From Alphaproteobacteria bacterium (GTDB lineage Bacteria > Pseudomonadota > Alphaproteobacteria > RF32 > CAG-239), in assembly GCA_017465405.1 (NCBI GenBank), contig JAFTWG010000001.1, positions 9,044 to 73,043 on the forward strand: a stretch of 64,000 nucleotides of DNA, read 5' to 3'. Shown here one piece after another: positions 27,958-40,009 of this stretch. Numbering within the stretch: position 1 is the stretch's first letter; each line of letters begins with the position of its first letter. Position numbers and translations under genes: made by a program. The notes under the pieces are model-generated. The model saw only the letters and a list, made by a program, of their open reading frames with translations. It did not search any database and was not told where the DNA came from.

Positions 27958-28629
27958 ATGGTTCTTTTAATACATCATCCGATTTCACCTTTCTCTCGTA
28001 AAGCCAGAATACTTATGGGAGAGAAGAGAATATTGTTTGTATTAAAAGAAGAAGACCCTTGGAATTTGTCGGAAGAAGCCATGCGTCTTAATCCGGCGGG
28101 AGAACTCCCTATTTTTGTTTTCGACGGAAATGTCATTACCGGAAATAATGCTATTTGCGAATTTTTAGAAGAAGTTCACAATGATAAAGACACAAAACTT
28201 ATTAACGGAGACATAAGACATCACGCAGAAATTCGCCGTCTTACCGAGTGGTTTGACTATAAGTTTTATCGTGAAGTATATCGCAATTTGGTAGCAGAAA
28301 AGGTATTTAAACGTTTTACATCCGGTACAGCTCCCGATTCACGAGTATTGAAAAAAGGTATCAACAACTTAAAATTTCATTTAGAATATTTGGACTGGTT
28401 GTGCGAAAACCGCAAATTTTTAGCCGGAGATAATTTTTCTTTGGCTGACATTAGTGCTGCAGCACAACTTTCAATCATTGATTATTTGGGAGATATTTCT
28501 TGGGATAATTATAAAAATGCAAAATTATGGTACTCAAAAATAAAATCCCGCCCCTCTTTCAAAGAAATATTAAAAGATAATATCAAAGGGATTTTACCCT
28601 CAAAACATTATAGTAATTTGGATTTTTAG
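27958..28629 (+). CDS. fzlA: GST-family FtsZ-binding protein FzlA
   Basis: HHP.SPFSR, LNPAGELP, WFD.KF..EV, DYLGD..W, WY..IKSRPSF, C-terminal HY.NLDF. Confidence 0.8.
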   Translation: MVLLIHHPISPFSRKARILMGEKRILFVLKEEDPWNLSEEAMRLNPAGELPIFVFDGNVITGNNAICEFLEEVHNDKDTKLINGDIRHHAEIRRLTEWFDYKFYREVYRNLVAEKVFKRFTSGTAPDSRVLKKGINNLKFHLEYLDWLCENRKFLAGDNFSLADISAAAQLSIIDYLGDISWDNYKNAKLWYSKIKSRPSFKEILKDNIKGILPSKHYSNLDF

Positions 28630-28631
28630 TC

Positions 28632-29144
28632 ATGAAAAAATATATTATATTACTTTTTTGTATCTTTGCTTTAAGTTCTTGTTCCGGTACTGCAGGCGGA
28701 GAGAAACGTCCAAACAGACCATGGTGGCAAATTCCGCCATTCAGTTGGTTTGATGCCCATGGTGACGGGCAAGAAATTTTTCACTGGCAACGTCCAAGAA
28801 CCGGTGTCCAAAAATTTGCTAATGACCATAAGTATTGCATTGGTAATGCAGCACAATTCAAACTCATACCGGCAGCAAAAAAATGGTTCCATGATGTTAT
28901 GTACACCGAAGAGAAACACTTAGAAATTAGAGCTGATTGGACTGGTAAAAGCGGTATTTGGGCAAGTTTTATTCCTTATCCCGGTGCACAACCGCTTATG
29001 GTCAACACCCCATCCCCGCAAGATGATGACGATATAAACTATCAAAAATACGTGGATTGCATGGAAGACAGAGGATATGTAACTCGTACTTATGACATAC
29101 CTGAAGCTACAAATATCTATTTAAGAGGCAAAGTTTCTCAATAA
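28632..29144 (+). CDS. hypothetical lipoprotein
   Basis: LSSC lipobox; D...C / CM..RGY motif. Confidence 0.7.
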   Translation: MKKYIILLFCIFALSSCSGTAGGEKRPNRPWWQIPPFSWFDAHGDGQEIFHWQRPRTGVQKFANDHKYCIGNAAQFKLIPAAKKWFHDVMYTEEKHLEIRADWTGKSGIWASFIPYPGAQPLMVNTPSPQDDDDINYQKYVDCMEDRGYVTRTYDIPEATNIYLRGKVSQ

Positions 29145-30529
29145 CCACCGCCTATAGATTTATAAAAAGATATTATATTTTGATAAACGGCTCCTTTGGC
29201 CGTAACCAGGTTGTTTTGCGCTTCAAGTAAATTTTGTTCGGTTGAAAGAAAATCAGAAAATTCTATCAAACCTTCTTTATATTTGATTTTCATGTCATCA
29301 AAAACTTTCTGCATATTTTTTGCCGATTCGTTTAAGGCTTGAACTTTGTTATAGCTTTTATCTACACCAACTATCGAATTACGTATTTCCTGTATTGCCT
29401 CAAGTAACGTATTTTGGTACAAATACAGATATTCTTCTTTCGTAGATTTACTTAATTTGACCTGATTTACTAATTGTCCCCAATGTAAAAACGGCAAATT
29501 AACAGCAGGTGTATATCCGTATGCCGCATTTTCAGAACTGCCTAAATTTCTAAACAAATGAGTTTGCCAACCCAATGTCGCTGTTATATTGACATTAGGA
29601 AACATATTGGCAACTGCTTGTCCGATATCGGCATTTTTTGAAATTAGCATATTCTCTGCCATTTTAACATCCGGACGATTACGAATTACATCAATCGGAA
29701 ATTGCTTTAGTTGTTTTATATTAAATAAAAATATTCTAGAAACAACATTGTTTGATACATTATTTAATTCTTCTATATCTCCGGGTAATTTTCCTAATAA
29801 AATTGCAATAGCATTTTTGTAACTTTCCTCTTGATATTCTAAATCCGGTAGCAATGATTGTGTAGTTTGTACCGCATATTTAGCCTGATTAAGAGCTGTA
29901 TCATCAGCTAATCCGGCATCAAATTTATTTTTTACGGTATTCAGTATTTCTTTTTGAAGATACAAATTTTGCTTGGAAATACGTATTTTTTCTTGAGTAG
30001 TTCTTAACAAAATATAATTATTTGCAACTTCCGCGGTTAAAGACAGTAAAACATCCGTCAAATTGTTTGCTGCGGCTCTATATAATGCCTGTGAACTTTC
30101 AGTCTTACGGCGTCCTCCGCCCCATATATCCAACTCCCAAGAAGCATCTAAACCCAAACGAAAATAGCTCGTTTTGTCACCTAATTCTTCATATTTCGGT
30201 GCATAAGCATAGTTATATTCACCCGTCGCATCAATCATCGGCAAATATTGAACTTCATTAATATTCAACGAATATCTTGCTTGTCGTAATTTTGCCAAAG
30301 CTATTTTTACATTAGGACTGCTTTGTAAAGCCTCCTCAATCAAACGATTTAGGGTTTTATCCTTAAAATCTCGATACCAAAAAACACTTACCGGATAATT
30401 GGTATAATAATCCACTCCCAAACTATCAACCAATTTTTGATTACTCCAAAACATCGGGCGCTCATAATCCGGACCGACAGAGCAGGAAGCCAGTAACAAT
30501 ATTGCCCCGATTTTACTCAACTTCCGCAT
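29138..30529 (-). CDS. NodT/OprM-family outer membrane efflux lipoprotein
   Basis: [35 protein letters not shown] motifs. Confidence 0.93.
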   Translation of the reverse strand: MRKLSKIGAILLLASCSVGPDYERPMFWSNQKLVDSLGVDYYTNYPVSVFWYRDFKDKTLNRLIEEALQSSPNVKIALAKLRQARYSLNINEVQYLPMIDATGEYNYAYAPKYEELGDKTSYFRLGLDASWELDIWGGGRRKTESSQALYRAAANNLTDVLLSLTAEVANNYILLRTTQEKIRISKQNLYLQKEILNTVKNKFDAGLADDTALNQAKYAVQTTQSLLPDLEYQEESYKNAIAILLGKLPGDIEELNNVSNNVVSRIFLFNIKQLKQFPIDVIRNRPDVKMAENMLISKNADIGQAVANMFPNVNITATLGWQTHLFRNLGSSENAAYGYTPAVNLPFLHWGQLVNQVKLSKSTKEEYLYLYQNTLLEAIQEIRNSIVGVDKSYNKVQALNESAKNMQKVFDDMKIKYKEGLIEFSDFLSTEQNLLEAQNNLVTAKGAVYQNIISFYKSIGGGY

Positions 30530-33500
30530 TATTCTTCTCCTTTTCATTTATTTTATTTCCACGCTCTTTTATATTTTCAAACAACGAAAAATAAGCCGGA
30601 ATAAATATAATTCCGATAAATGTTGCGGCAATCATTCCATAAAATACCGCAGTTCCGATAGCAATTTGGCTTGATGCCCCTGCTCCACTTGCAACAATCA
30701 TCGGAAAAACACCCAAAATAAAAGTCAATGCAGTCATCAATACCGCTCGAAATCTCTCTCCTGCACCTTTTATTGAAGCTTCAAGAATACTACTGCCGTT
30801 TTCACGATAAGACTTAGTGAACTCCACAATTAAAATTGCATTTTTTGCAGCCAATCCGATAAGCATAACCAAACCCAATTGGGCATATATACTTAAAGAT
30901 TGTCCCATTATATGTAAGCCGATTAATGCTCCGAGAATTGCAAAAATTGTTGAAAACATAACCGAAAAAGCCAACATCCAACTTTCGTATAAAGCGACCA
31001 AGAACAAGTAACAAAAGACCAAAGCCAAAACAATTAGAACAACTACCAAACCTGATGCTTCAACTTCTTGCAAACTTAATCCTGTCCATGCTATTTTATA
31101 ACTATCTGCCGACAAGGTTGTCGAAACCTCTTTTTCAACCGCATTAATTGCTGTTCCGGTACTTATTCCATTTGCACTTTGAGCAACAATCGAAGCGTTT
31201 TGATATTGGTTGTATCTGTTTATTATTTTAGGAGATAATGTAATTTTCACATCAGCAAAACTTCCTACTTTTATCATAGAACCGCTTGCAGAGCGAACAT
31301 ATAAATTTTTTACATCATCAATACTGTTTCTATAATCAAAATCAGCCTGAATAATAACTTTGTTAACTTGTCCGCTCAAAGTAATATTGTTAACATATCT
31401 TGAACCTAAATTATTTTGCAGCGTTTCAAACAAATCACTAACCTGAATTTTATATGCTTCAAGCTTTGTCCTGTCTATATCTAAAAACACATGAGGAGCA
31501 TCGACTGTATAAACACTAAAAGCATAAGCCAAATCGGGATTTAAATTTAATGCTCCCAAAAATTTTTGCAAATTTTCAAACAATTCGTTTGATGTAATAT
31601 TTTGATTAATTGCCAAAAACTCCATAGTCAATCCATTGCTGTTTCCTATCCCCGGAATTGCAGGAGGGGCAAAAAAGTTTATTTTTGCGCCGTTTATTAA
31701 AGCAAATTCCTCGGTTAATTTTTCAGTAATAGCCTCAATAGATGTATTTTTAGTTTTTCGTTCATCCCAAGGATTTAATCCGATAACGCCCAAAGCAACA
31801 TTTTCTCCCGCTCCGCCCAACATACTATATCCGGCAACACCTACAAAATATTTTACTCCTTCAATTTTTCTTACTTTTTCTCCGATTTCACTCAAAATCT
31901 TATTTGTTTGATTTATGCTTGAGGTGTTATCAAGTTGAATATCCCCAAAAATAATCCCCTGATCTTCTTCCGGTAAAAATGATGTCGGAGTAAATTTGAA
32001 CCCCAAACCTAAGATAGCAATAATCACAATAGTTAAAATTGTTGTTATTTTTAATTTTGAAGAAAAGAATTTAACCGCAACTAAATATTTTTGCTTAAAA
32101 TAGTCTATAGTGTCGTCAAATGATTTAAAAAATCCTCTCGGTTGTATTTGTTTGTCATCACGTAGAAATATTGCACAAAGTGACGGACTTAATGTCAAAG
32201 CGTTAAAAGCCGAAAAAATAACCGCAGTTGCTATTGTAACTGCAAATTGTTGATATATTTTTCCGGTAATTCCGGCCATTAAACCGACAGGAACAAAAAT
32301 TGATAAAAGAACAAAAGTTGTAGCTATAATTGCACTTCCGATTTGTTGCATTGCTTTTATTGAAGCATTATGAGCATCCATATTTTCATAAGCCATCAAA
32401 TATTGCACACGCTCAACCACAATAATTGCATCGTCAACTACCAAACCTATTGCCAAAATCATTGCAAAAAGAGTTAAAATATTTATATCAAACCCCAATG
32501 CGTACAAAACAGCAAAAGTAGCTATTAATGAAACAGGTATTGTAATTAGCGGAATTAATGTTGTTTTTGCTTTTTGTAAAAACAAATAAGTTACAGCCAC
32601 TACAAGTAAAAAAGTAATAACTAATGTTTCTATAATGCCGGCTATTGATGCTCTTACATATTGTGTTGAATCATATGCAATCTTAAATTCTAAATCTCCG
32701 GAAAATGTTTTTGATAAATTTTCAATTTCTTTAGCTACATTATCCATAATATTCAACGAATTTGACCCCGGAGTTTGGCTTAATGACATAATAACCGCAG
32801 GTGCATTATCGAAACTTGCGTTCATTGTATAGGTATCTGCTCCCAATTCAATTCGAGCCACATCTTCTAAATAAACAATACCTCCGTCATCAGATGTAGC
32901 CACCACGATTTTTTTAAAATCTTCAACATTATTCAACAACCCTTTAGCCGATAATGATAAGACCATATTTGCATCTTGTTTGGCAGGAGCAGAGCCGATA
33001 CTTCCTATTGATGCCTGTATATTTTGGGAAGCAATGATATTAACAATATTGGCACTATCTAACCCCAAAGATGATATTTTTTCAGAATTCAACCAAACTC
33101 TCATACTATATTGCGGGCCGAAAATTTGAACATCGCTGACACCGCTTACTCGACTTAGCGGATTTTTCAAATTTACATAAGCATAATTGCTCAAGTATAA
33201 ATCATCATAAGTATTATGAGGTGAACGCAAAACCAACAATGCCAACATATTTGACATTTCTGTAGTTACATTAACCCCTTCTTGTTGTACAATTGAGGGC
33301 AATTGCGACATAACCTGACTCAGTCTGTTTTGCACTTTAACTTGAGCAATATCCGGATCGGTACCGATATTAAACGTAATTGTAAGTTTATAGTTGCCTT
33401 CATCATTTGATGTAGAGCTCATATATAACATATCCTCTACACCATTAATTTGGTTTTCAATCGGAATGGCAACCGTATCAACCACTACCTGTGCACTCGC

Positions 33501-33656
33501 TCCCGGATAATTAGTGCTAACTACAATTTGAGGAGGAGTAATTTGCGGATATTGCGAAACCGGTAAAACGAAAATAGCCAACAATCCGATTAGGACCATA
33601 ATTATGGAAATAACAACAGCAAAACGAGGTCTGTCAATGAAATACTTGGAAAACAT
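30513..33656 (-). CDS. RND efflux permease (AcrB/HAE1 family)
   Basis: [40 protein letters not shown] motifs. Confidence 0.96.
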   Translation of the reverse strand: MFSKYFIDRPRFAVVISIIMVLIGLLAIFVLPVSQYPQITPPQIVVSTNYPGASAQVVVDTVAIPIENQINGVEDMLYMSSTSNDEGNYKLTITFNIGTDPDIAQVKVQNRLSQVMSQLPSIVQQEGVNVTTEMSNMLALLVLRSPHNTYDDLYLSNYAYVNLKNPLSRVSGVSDVQIFGPQYSMRVWLNSEKISSLGLDSANIVNIIASQNIQASIGSIGSAPAKQDANMVLSLSAKGLLNNVEDFKKIVVATSDDGGIVYLEDVARIELGADTYTMNASFDNAPAVIMSLSQTPGSNSLNIMDNVAKEIENLSKTFSGDLEFKIAYDSTQYVRASIAGIIETLVITFLLVVAVTYLFLQKAKTTLIPLITIPVSLIATFAVLYALGFDINILTLFAMILAIGLVVDDAIIVVERVQYLMAYENMDAHNASIKAMQQIGSAIIATTFVLLSIFVPVGLMAGITGKIYQQFAVTIATAVIFSAFNALTLSPSLCAIFLRDDKQIQPRGFFKSFDDTIDYFKQKYLVAVKFFSSKLKITTILTIVIIAILGLGFKFTPTSFLPEEDQGIIFGDIQLDNTSSINQTNKILSEIGEKVRKIEGVKYFVGVAGYSMLGGAGENVALGVIGLNPWDERKTKNTSIEAITEKLTEEFALINGAKINFFAPPAIPGIGNSNGLTMEFLAINQNITSNELFENLQKFLGALNLNPDLAYAFSVYTVDAPHVFLDIDRTKLEAYKIQVSDLFETLQNNLGSRYVNNITLSGQVNKVIIQADFDYRNSIDDVKNLYVRSASGSMIKVGSFADVKITLSPKIINRYNQYQNASIVAQSANGISTGTAINAVEKEVSTTLSADSYKIAWTGLSLQEVEASGLVVVLIVLALVFCYLFLVALYESWMLAFSVMFSTIFAILGALIGLHIMGQSLSIYAQLGLVMLIGLAAKNAILIVEFTKSYRENGSSILEASIKGAGERFRAVLMTALTFILGVFPMIVASGAGASSQIAIGTAVFYGMIAATFIGIIFIPAYFSLFENIKERGNKINEKEKNNAEVE

Positions 33657-34786
33657 TATTTGTTCTCCTTTTCATTACTTATTTCATTTATTTTTACTTT
33701 TTGATTGTCCGATTGTAGATTTATTTTTTCTGCAACCAACTTCATTGTCGGTAAAAAATTATTTTCTAATACATAATTATTCCCGGATTCTGCCAATATT
33801 TTTACATTATGTTTTTTTACAAAATTTCCTTCACTAACATAAACAAAACTGTTTTCCGATTGTAAAGTTACCAAATCTTTTTTTATCAAAATTCCCCTAT
33901 AGTCTTTTTCAATCATCACCGTTACATAAGCTTTATCTATAAGTTTTTGTTGCGGATTTTCAAAATCGACATATACGGCAATAGAATTTGTTGCTCTGTC
34001 TATCTGATTATCGGAATATTTAAAAACACCTTCATAATCATAGATACTGCCATCTGCCAATTTTAATCTGATACGTTCATCAGCAAACATTTTTTCTTTT
34101 GCATTTTCTTCCAGATAATCTTTATCACTGATTGAAAAAACAACTCTTATAGGATTGGTTTGAACAATACTAAATAGTTTATTTTGCGGAGAAATATAAT
34201 CTCCTTTAGTTAAAGCAACATTCCCGACAACCCCATTTATTGTTGAATTAACAACAGTATATCCTAAATCAACTTCTGCTTGTTTGACATTAGCTTTTGC
34301 TTGGTGCAAAATTGCTTGCGATGCCAAAAAAGATGCCTCTGCATTATCCATTTCTGTTTGTGAAACAGCTTTTAATCCGGCTTTTTTTATCCTCTCATAA
34401 TAGTTTTTGGCATAATTGAAATCAGCCATTGCTTTATTTAGCGAAGCATTAGCAGCATCAAGAGCGGCCTTATATTGTTCTTGTTCTATAACTACTAATT
34501 TTTGTCCGGCTTTAACTTTTTGTCCGCCTTCTACCAAAACTTCACTTATAAAACCGCTTATATAAGGTTGAACATTGACATCATTTATAGGTGTAACATA
34601 ACCTATATATCTGTTTTCTACCGCTATTGTTTTTTCAATAATCGAAACGACATCAATTTCCGCTTCTGTCGGCTCTTTTTCGGGCAAAATGTTTTTATGA
34701 TACAAATGCCAACCAAACCAAGCCGCAAAAATTAAAAAAATAAGAGCGACAACCCACGAGTATCCCAATTCTTTTTTATCAACCAT
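33656..34786 (-). CDS. RND efflux periplasmic adaptor (membrane fusion protein)
   Basis: Lipoyl halves V.P.ISG...EGGQ.VK.G, coiled hairpin, D..T.S. Confidence 0.92.
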   Translation of the reverse strand: MVDKKELGYSWVVALIFLIFAAWFGWHLYHKNILPEKEPTEAEIDVVSIIEKTIAVENRYIGYVTPINDVNVQPYISGFISEVLVEGGQKVKAGQKLVVIEQEQYKAALDAANASLNKAMADFNYAKNYYERIKKAGLKAVSQTEMDNAEASFLASQAILHQAKANVKQAEVDLGYTVVNSTINGVVGNVALTKGDYISPQNKLFSIVQTNPIRVVFSISDKDYLEENAKEKMFADERIRLKLADGSIYDYEGVFKYSDNQIDRATNSIAVYVDFENPQQKLIDKAYVTVMIEKDYRGILIKKDLVTLQSENSFVYVSEGNFVKKHNVKILAESGNNYVLENNFLPTMKLVAEKINLQSDNQKVKINEISNEKENK

Positions 34787-34923
34787 TTTGCCCTCGTTAT
34801 AAAAATCAAACTTAAGATTTAAATAATTGGGATTATTAACAATTCAACCTGCAATTTTAATCAAATTTTTAGACATTATATGTAAGTTATAATGAATAAA
34901 AAAAGTTCCGAGGAGCGAATCAA

Positions 34924-35961
34924 ATGTTATATAGTTTGTTAAATGCTTATACTGCCGACTTTTTGGCATTTTTTACTTCGTTAATAATAATGCTTTTATG
35001 TGGCAAAAAATTTATAAAAATAATGCGCACATGGCAACATGAAGGACAGCCGATAAGAGAATGCGGTCCTAAAAGCCATTTAGAAACTAAAAAAGGAACC
35101 CCCACAATGGGCGGGCTCTTAATTCTGACCGCAATTACTATATCAACATTACTATTTTCAAATCTCAAACAAGAAATGACTTGGGTATGTTTGGGAGTTA
35201 TGATTATCTTTGGAATCGCAGGATTTGTTGACGATTATGTAAAAGTAAAAAAACATACTCCGAATGCAATGACCGCAAAAGTTAAACTTCTAATCCAATT
35301 TGCTGTTGCAGCCGGAGTCGCATATTTTGCTACAACTCAATACGAAGCTCCCATGAATTTCAGCATCATCGTTCCATATCTCGATTTTCCTATTAATTTA
35401 TGGTGGTTTTATATTCCTTTCGCTATGATTGTAATTGCCGGTGCATCTAATGCAGTCAACTTAAGCGACGGATTGGACGGATTAGCCGCAGGTTTGCTGA
35501 TTCCTCCATTTATGGTATTAGGGTTTATTGCTCTTTTAATCGGCTTTGAATATTATGATTTTATGCCCTTCCCGAGTTTAAGCATTATTTGTTCAGCCGT
35601 TATCGGTGCTTGTTTAGGATTTTTGTGGTTCAACTGTTCTCCGGCACAAATCTTCATGGGAGATACTGGTTCTTTATCTCTCGGTGCACTTTTGGGAACT
35701 ATAGCTATTTTGTCAAAACAAGATTTATTGTTGGCTATCATCGGTTTTGTTTTTGTTGTCGAAGCTTTATCGGTAATGATACAAGTTTTTTGGTATAAAC
35801 GCACAAAAACCAGAGTATTTTTGATGGCACCGATTCATCATCACTTTGAACAAAAAGGCTGGAAGGAAACAACCGTCGTAATTCGTTTTTGGATTATCGG
35901 TTGGCTTGTTGCCGGACTTGGAATGCTCGCTGTAGTAAGTCCTACCGCGTGGGGAAACTAG
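34924..35961 (+). CDS. mraY: phospho-N-acetylmuramoyl-pentapeptide transferase
   Basis: KKGTPTMGG, GFVDDY, NAVNLSDGLDGL, FMGDTGS, MAPIHHHFE motifs. Confidence 0.96.
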   Translation: MLYSLLNAYTADFLAFFTSLIIMLLCGKKFIKIMRTWQHEGQPIRECGPKSHLETKKGTPTMGGLLILTAITISTLLFSNLKQEMTWVCLGVMIIFGIAGFVDDYVKVKKHTPNAMTAKVKLLIQFAVAAGVAYFATTQYEAPMNFSIIVPYLDFPINLWWFYIPFAMIVIAGASNAVNLSDGLDGLAAGLLIPPFMVLGFIALLIGFEYYDFMPFPSLSIICSAVIGACLGFLWFNCSPAQIFMGDTGSLSLGALLGTIAILSKQDLLLAIIGFVFVVEALSVMIQVFWYKRTKTRVFLMAPIHHHFEQKGWKETTVVIRFWIIGWLVAGLGMLAVVSPTAWGN

Positions 35962-37089
35962 ATGTTGTTATCTAGGGGAAAAAATAATATTTTTACAAAT
36001 TGGTGGTGGACAGTCGATAAAATATTACTCGGCTGTATTGTCACATTAATCGCTATCGGAATAATTTTGAGTTTTTCAGCATCTCCGGCCGTAGCTGAAA
36101 GAGAGGGGTTCGGAAGTTATCATTTTATAAAACGACACCTTGTATTCGCTCCTGTTGCTTTGGGAATTGTTATTTTTCTATCAATGCAAAAGCTAAAAAC
36201 TATCCGCAGATTTGCGCTGATAGGATATTTGGTTGCAATGATATTAGTCGGAATGACTTTTTTCTTAGGTGAGGCTAATCGAGGAGCTTCTCGTTGGATA
36301 CCTTTTTTCGGTTTCACATTGCAACCGTCTGAGTTTGTAAAGCCATTTTTTATCATCATGGCAGCTTGGCTGTTTAACGGGCAAAAACAACAACCGGATT
36401 TTCCCGGAAACTTTTTATCAATAGCATTGTTCATAATTACGGCAGGAACTATTGTTGTTCAGCCTGACTGGGGAATGACAGGTGTCATTTCGCTCGTATG
36501 GGGAGCACAATTAGTTTTAAGCGGTGTTCCGTTTTTTTGGATATTTGTATTAGTAATAGTTGCAATTATTGGCGGTACTATCGGATATTTTACCTTCCCG
36601 CATTTTCAAATGCGTATTCTCCAGTTTTTCGCAACCGGAAAAGATATTCCGTACCAAATCAAACGAGCTAATGAAGCTTTTGAAAGCAGTAATTTTTTTG
36701 GTCGAGGCCCCGGAGAAGGGATAGCACGTTCCCATATTCCAGATGCTCACACCGACTTTATTTATGCGGTAATTGCCGAAGAATACGGATTTTTTATATG
36801 CCTTGCCGTTGTCCTTTTATATGCAACAATTGTAATTCGTGCCCTTATACTTTCTTGCAGAGAAAACAACTTTTTTATCGTTTTATCAGCATCAGGATTA
36901 GCTCTGTCTTTTGGGGTTCAAGCTATAATTAATATGGCATCTACATTACAACTAATGCCTACAAAAGGTATGACTCTACCATTTATATCCTACGGCGGTT
37001 CATCAATATTGGCCTCTGCGATAGGTATGGGAATGCTTTTGGCAATCACTCGTAAAAACTCTCATGCGGAGGATAAAGACAATGTCTGA
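35962..37089 (+). CDS. ftsW: peptidoglycan glycosyltransferase FtsW
   Basis: WWWTVD, GASRW, QPSEFVK, PDAHTDF, PTKGMTLPFISYGGSS motifs. Confidence 0.95.
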   Translation: MLLSRGKNNIFTNWWWTVDKILLGCIVTLIAIGIILSFSASPAVAEREGFGSYHFIKRHLVFAPVALGIVIFLSMQKLKTIRRFALIGYLVAMILVGMTFFLGEANRGASRWIPFFGFTLQPSEFVKPFFIIMAAWLFNGQKQQPDFPGNFLSIALFIITAGTIVVQPDWGMTGVISLVWGAQLVLSGVPFFWIFVLVIVAIIGGTIGYFTFPHFQMRILQFFATGKDIPYQIKRANEAFESSNFFGRGPGEGIARSHIPDAHTDFIYAVIAEEYGFFICLAVVLLYATIVIRALILSCRENNFFIVLSASGLALSFGVQAIINMASTLQLMPTKGMTLPFISYGGSSILASAIGMGMLLAITRKNSHAEDKDNV

Positions 37090-38188
37090 TAACAAAAAAA
37101 AACTCATAATTCTAACCGCCGGAGGTACCGGAGGTCATGTATATCCGGCTGACGCACTCGCTCAAGAGCTTGAAAAACGCGGATATAACTTAATGCTGGT
37201 TACAGATCAAAGAGGACTAAATAATTATCACGGAAAACTTGGTGAAATTGAAAATAAAGCCGTTTTAAGCGGTGCTTTAGTCGGTAAAAATATTTGGTTT
37301 AAAATAAAAAGTTTAATTAAAGTATCTTTAGGAATTTTACAATCGGTTTTCATTATTATCAAATATAAACCCAAATGTGTTGTAGGATTTGGCGGATATG
37401 CTTCTTTTCCTTGTGCCGTCGCAGCCATACTTACGGGAACAGATTTAATAATTCACGAACAAAATTCGGTCATGAGCAGAACTAACCGTTTCTTAGCTAA
37501 ATATGCTTCTAAAATTGCAACCAGCTTCCCCAAAACTAAATATGCTCCGCAAGGAAATAATACTATTTTAACCGGTATGCCTGTAAGAACAACAATATCT
37601 GCACTTTTTGACAAACAATACAAACAACCTGAACAAAACGGAAAATTTAATCTGTTGGTACTGGGCGGTTCACAAGGTGCAAAAATTTTCTCGGAAGTTA
37701 TTCCGCAGGCAATTAAGTCTCTTGATGAAAAGATTCAGCAAAATATTCATATCACGCAACAATGCAGAAAAGATGATATCGAGCTGTTGCAAAAAGAATA
37801 TGCGGATGCAAAATGTTCTGCCGAAATATCAAATTTCTTCAAAAATATGCCGGAATTATACGATACTAATCATCTCATCATATCCAGAGCCGGTGCATCT
37901 TCTGTTTGTGAAATTGCTGCCGCAGGAATTCCGTCAATTTTAGTTCCGTTACCGACTGCAGCAGATAATCATCAAACATTTAATGCTTCCGAATTTAAGA
38001 ATAAGAACGGCGGTTTAGTTATTGCTCAAAAAGATTTCACTGCCGAAAAACTGCAAGAAATATTAGAAAAATTTATAAATAATCCGACAGATTTGGAAAT
38101 AATGGCAAGAAACACCAAAAAATTCGCAATTATTGATGCCGATAAACGCCTTGCCGACATTGTGGAAACAACCGTAAAGAGAGGTTAA
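37082..38188 (+). CDS. murG: lipid II GlcNAc transferase MurG
   Basis: GGTGGH, GFGGY, HEQN, GGSQGA, SRAGAS, HQ..NA motifs. Confidence 0.96.
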   Translation: MSDNKKKLIILTAGGTGGHVYPADALAQELEKRGYNLMLVTDQRGLNNYHGKLGEIENKAVLSGALVGKNIWFKIKSLIKVSLGILQSVFIIIKYKPKCVVGFGGYASFPCAVAAILTGTDLIIHEQNSVMSRTNRFLAKYASKIATSFPKTKYAPQGNNTILTGMPVRTTISALFDKQYKQPEQNGKFNLLVLGGSQGAKIFSEVIPQAIKSLDEKIQQNIHITQQCRKDDIELLQKEYADAKCSAEISNFFKNMPELYDTNHLIISRAGASSVCEIAAAGIPSILVPLPTAADNHQTFNASEFKNKNGGLVIAQKDFTAEKLQEILEKFINNPTDLEIMARNTKKFAIIDADKRLADIVETTVKRG

Positions 38189-38189
38189 T

Positions 38190-39110
38190 ATGTTTAATTT
38201 TTTTAAAAATAATCCAATGCTGAAACTTCTCCCTAAAGTAAAAGGAAAATATTTAAATAATGTCAATTTAAGCAAACATACATGGTTTGGTGTCGGGGGT
38301 CCGGCAGAAGTGATGTATATTCCTGCTGATGAAAATGATTTAAGTTATTTTCTAAAAAACTGCCCTAAAAATATTCCTACTTTTGTAATCGGTGGTGGTT
38401 CAAACTTATTAGTACGTGACGGAGGAATTCCCGGAGTTGTAATAAAATTGGATTCTCCGGCATTTAAAAAAGTGGACATAAAAGATAATCAAATAACTTG
38501 CGGAGCCGGATTAAAAAACATTGAATTGAAAAAACATTTAATCTCCAATGAATTAGGCGGGCTCGAATTTTTATGTTCAATTCCGGGAGTAATCGGCGGT
38601 TCAGTAAAAACCAACGCCGGTTGTTTCGGAAAAGAAGTAAAAGATGTTATAAGTTCAGCACAAATAATAAACGGAAACGGAGAAATTAAGACCATTGATG
38701 TTAAAGATTTAGAACTTGATTATAGAACAAGCTGTTTTCCGGAAGACTGGATTATCTTATCAATTACATTTAATGCTGTTAAAGAAAGTAAAGAAAACAT
38801 CGAAAAAACACTCGCCGAACATAAAGCATATAGACAAGCCAACCAACCATACAATCAAAAAACCGCAGGTTCTACTTTCAAAAATCCCAAAGGACTGCGA
38901 GCTTGGGAACTGATAAAAAAATCCGGATGCGATTCTTTGGTTGTTGGAGGGGCAAAAGTTTCCGATAAACATTGTAATTTTTTAATTAATACCGGCAATG
39001 CGACGGCTAAAGACATTGAAACCTTAGGCGAAAATATAATATCACAAGTTCGTCAAAAGACATATATCACACTTGAATGGGAAGTTAAAAGAGTAGGTAT
39101 AGATAAATAG
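38190..39110 (+). CDS. murB: UDP-N-acetylenolpyruvoylglucosamine reductase
   Basis: VGGPAE, GGGSNLLVRDGG, IPG.IGG...NAG, GSTFKNP, HCNFLIN, LEWEV motifs. Confidence 0.96.
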   Translation: MFNFFKNNPMLKLLPKVKGKYLNNVNLSKHTWFGVGGPAEVMYIPADENDLSYFLKNCPKNIPTFVIGGGSNLLVRDGGIPGVVIKLDSPAFKKVDIKDNQITCGAGLKNIELKKHLISNELGGLEFLCSIPGVIGGSVKTNAGCFGKEVKDVISSAQIINGNGEIKTIDVKDLELDYRTSCFPEDWIILSITFNAVKESKENIEKTLAEHKAYRQANQPYNQKTAGSTFKNPKGLRAWELIKKSGCDSLVVGGAKVSDKHCNFLINTGNATAKDIETLGENIISQVRQKTYITLEWEVKRVGIDK

Positions 39111-39995
39111 ATGTGGTTTAAGAAAAAAAACATAAAACAGGATATTCCGGCACAGAAAGTCGATGAAAAATATAAGGTCTATTTACCAAAATTATGGCCA
39201 TATCGTTTTATCGGCAATTTATGTCTTTTAGGACTTATTGCCGCCATATCTTTTGGAATTTATGTTGTTAAAACCAATTTTGTAGAACAAAAGCTTGATA
39301 TTTTTTCCAACTATTTTATCGATATAACATCACAAATCGGCTTTACCGTTGATGATGTAATTATTCAAGGGCGAGAAAAAACTCCATTGGAAGAAATAAA
39401 AAATATCGTAAATTTAGCTAATAATAATAATATTTTTAATCTCGATATTCATCAGATAAAACAAGATATTTTATTATTACCATGGGTAAAAAATGTTGTA
39501 ATTGAACGTTCATATTTTCCTAATGTAATAAAAATAAATTTAACCGAACGAGAAATAAGTTCAATTTGGCAGATAAACAATAGTTTTTATCCTGTCGATA
39601 AAGATGGTTTTGTAATTAAAACTCAAAATATTCCGGCTGTTCCTGCTTTAATTATTACCGGTAAAGGGGCTCCTGAAAATATCAATAACCTTTTACCGAT
39701 AATAAAAGAAAACGATTCATTATATAAACGAATTAAAGCTGCTTCGTATATCTCTGAACGTCGTTGGGATATTATTTTAGATGATATTGAAAATGGTGTA
39801 ACCATAAGGCTTCCTGCCGAAAAAACAAAAGCAGCTTGGAAAAAATTAATAAAATTGAGCAAAACTCAAGGACTTCTTAAGCGTAAATTAACTATCATTG
39901 ATTTAAGATTCGGAAACAAAGTTGTAGTGACTCCGTTAAAACTCTCAAAAGAAGAGCGTTTACGGCGTCGTAACATCAAAGAACACAAACTTTAA
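39111..39995 (+). CDS. ftsQ: cell division protein FtsQ
   Basis: TM segment, POTRA domain (LPWVK...ER..P), RRWD, IDLR; position before ftsA. Confidence 0.9.
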   Translation: MWFKKKNIKQDIPAQKVDEKYKVYLPKLWPYRFIGNLCLLGLIAAISFGIYVVKTNFVEQKLDIFSNYFIDITSQIGFTVDDVIIQGREKTPLEEIKNIVNLANNNNIFNLDIHQIKQDILLLPWVKNVVIERSYFPNVIKINLTEREISSIWQINNSFYPVDKDGFVIKTQNIPAVPALIITGKGAPENINNLLPIIKENDSLYKRIKAASYISERRWDIILDDIENGVTIRLPAEKTKAAWKKLIKLSKTQGLLKRKLTIIDLRFGNKVVVTPLKLSKEERLRRRNIKEHKL

Positions 39996-40009
39996 AGGGT
40001 ACAAAAACA

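Noticed and set aside
29138-34786. RND efflux operon as a novel system
   Set aside because: Canonical adaptor-permease-outer membrane trio with intact proton-relay motifs
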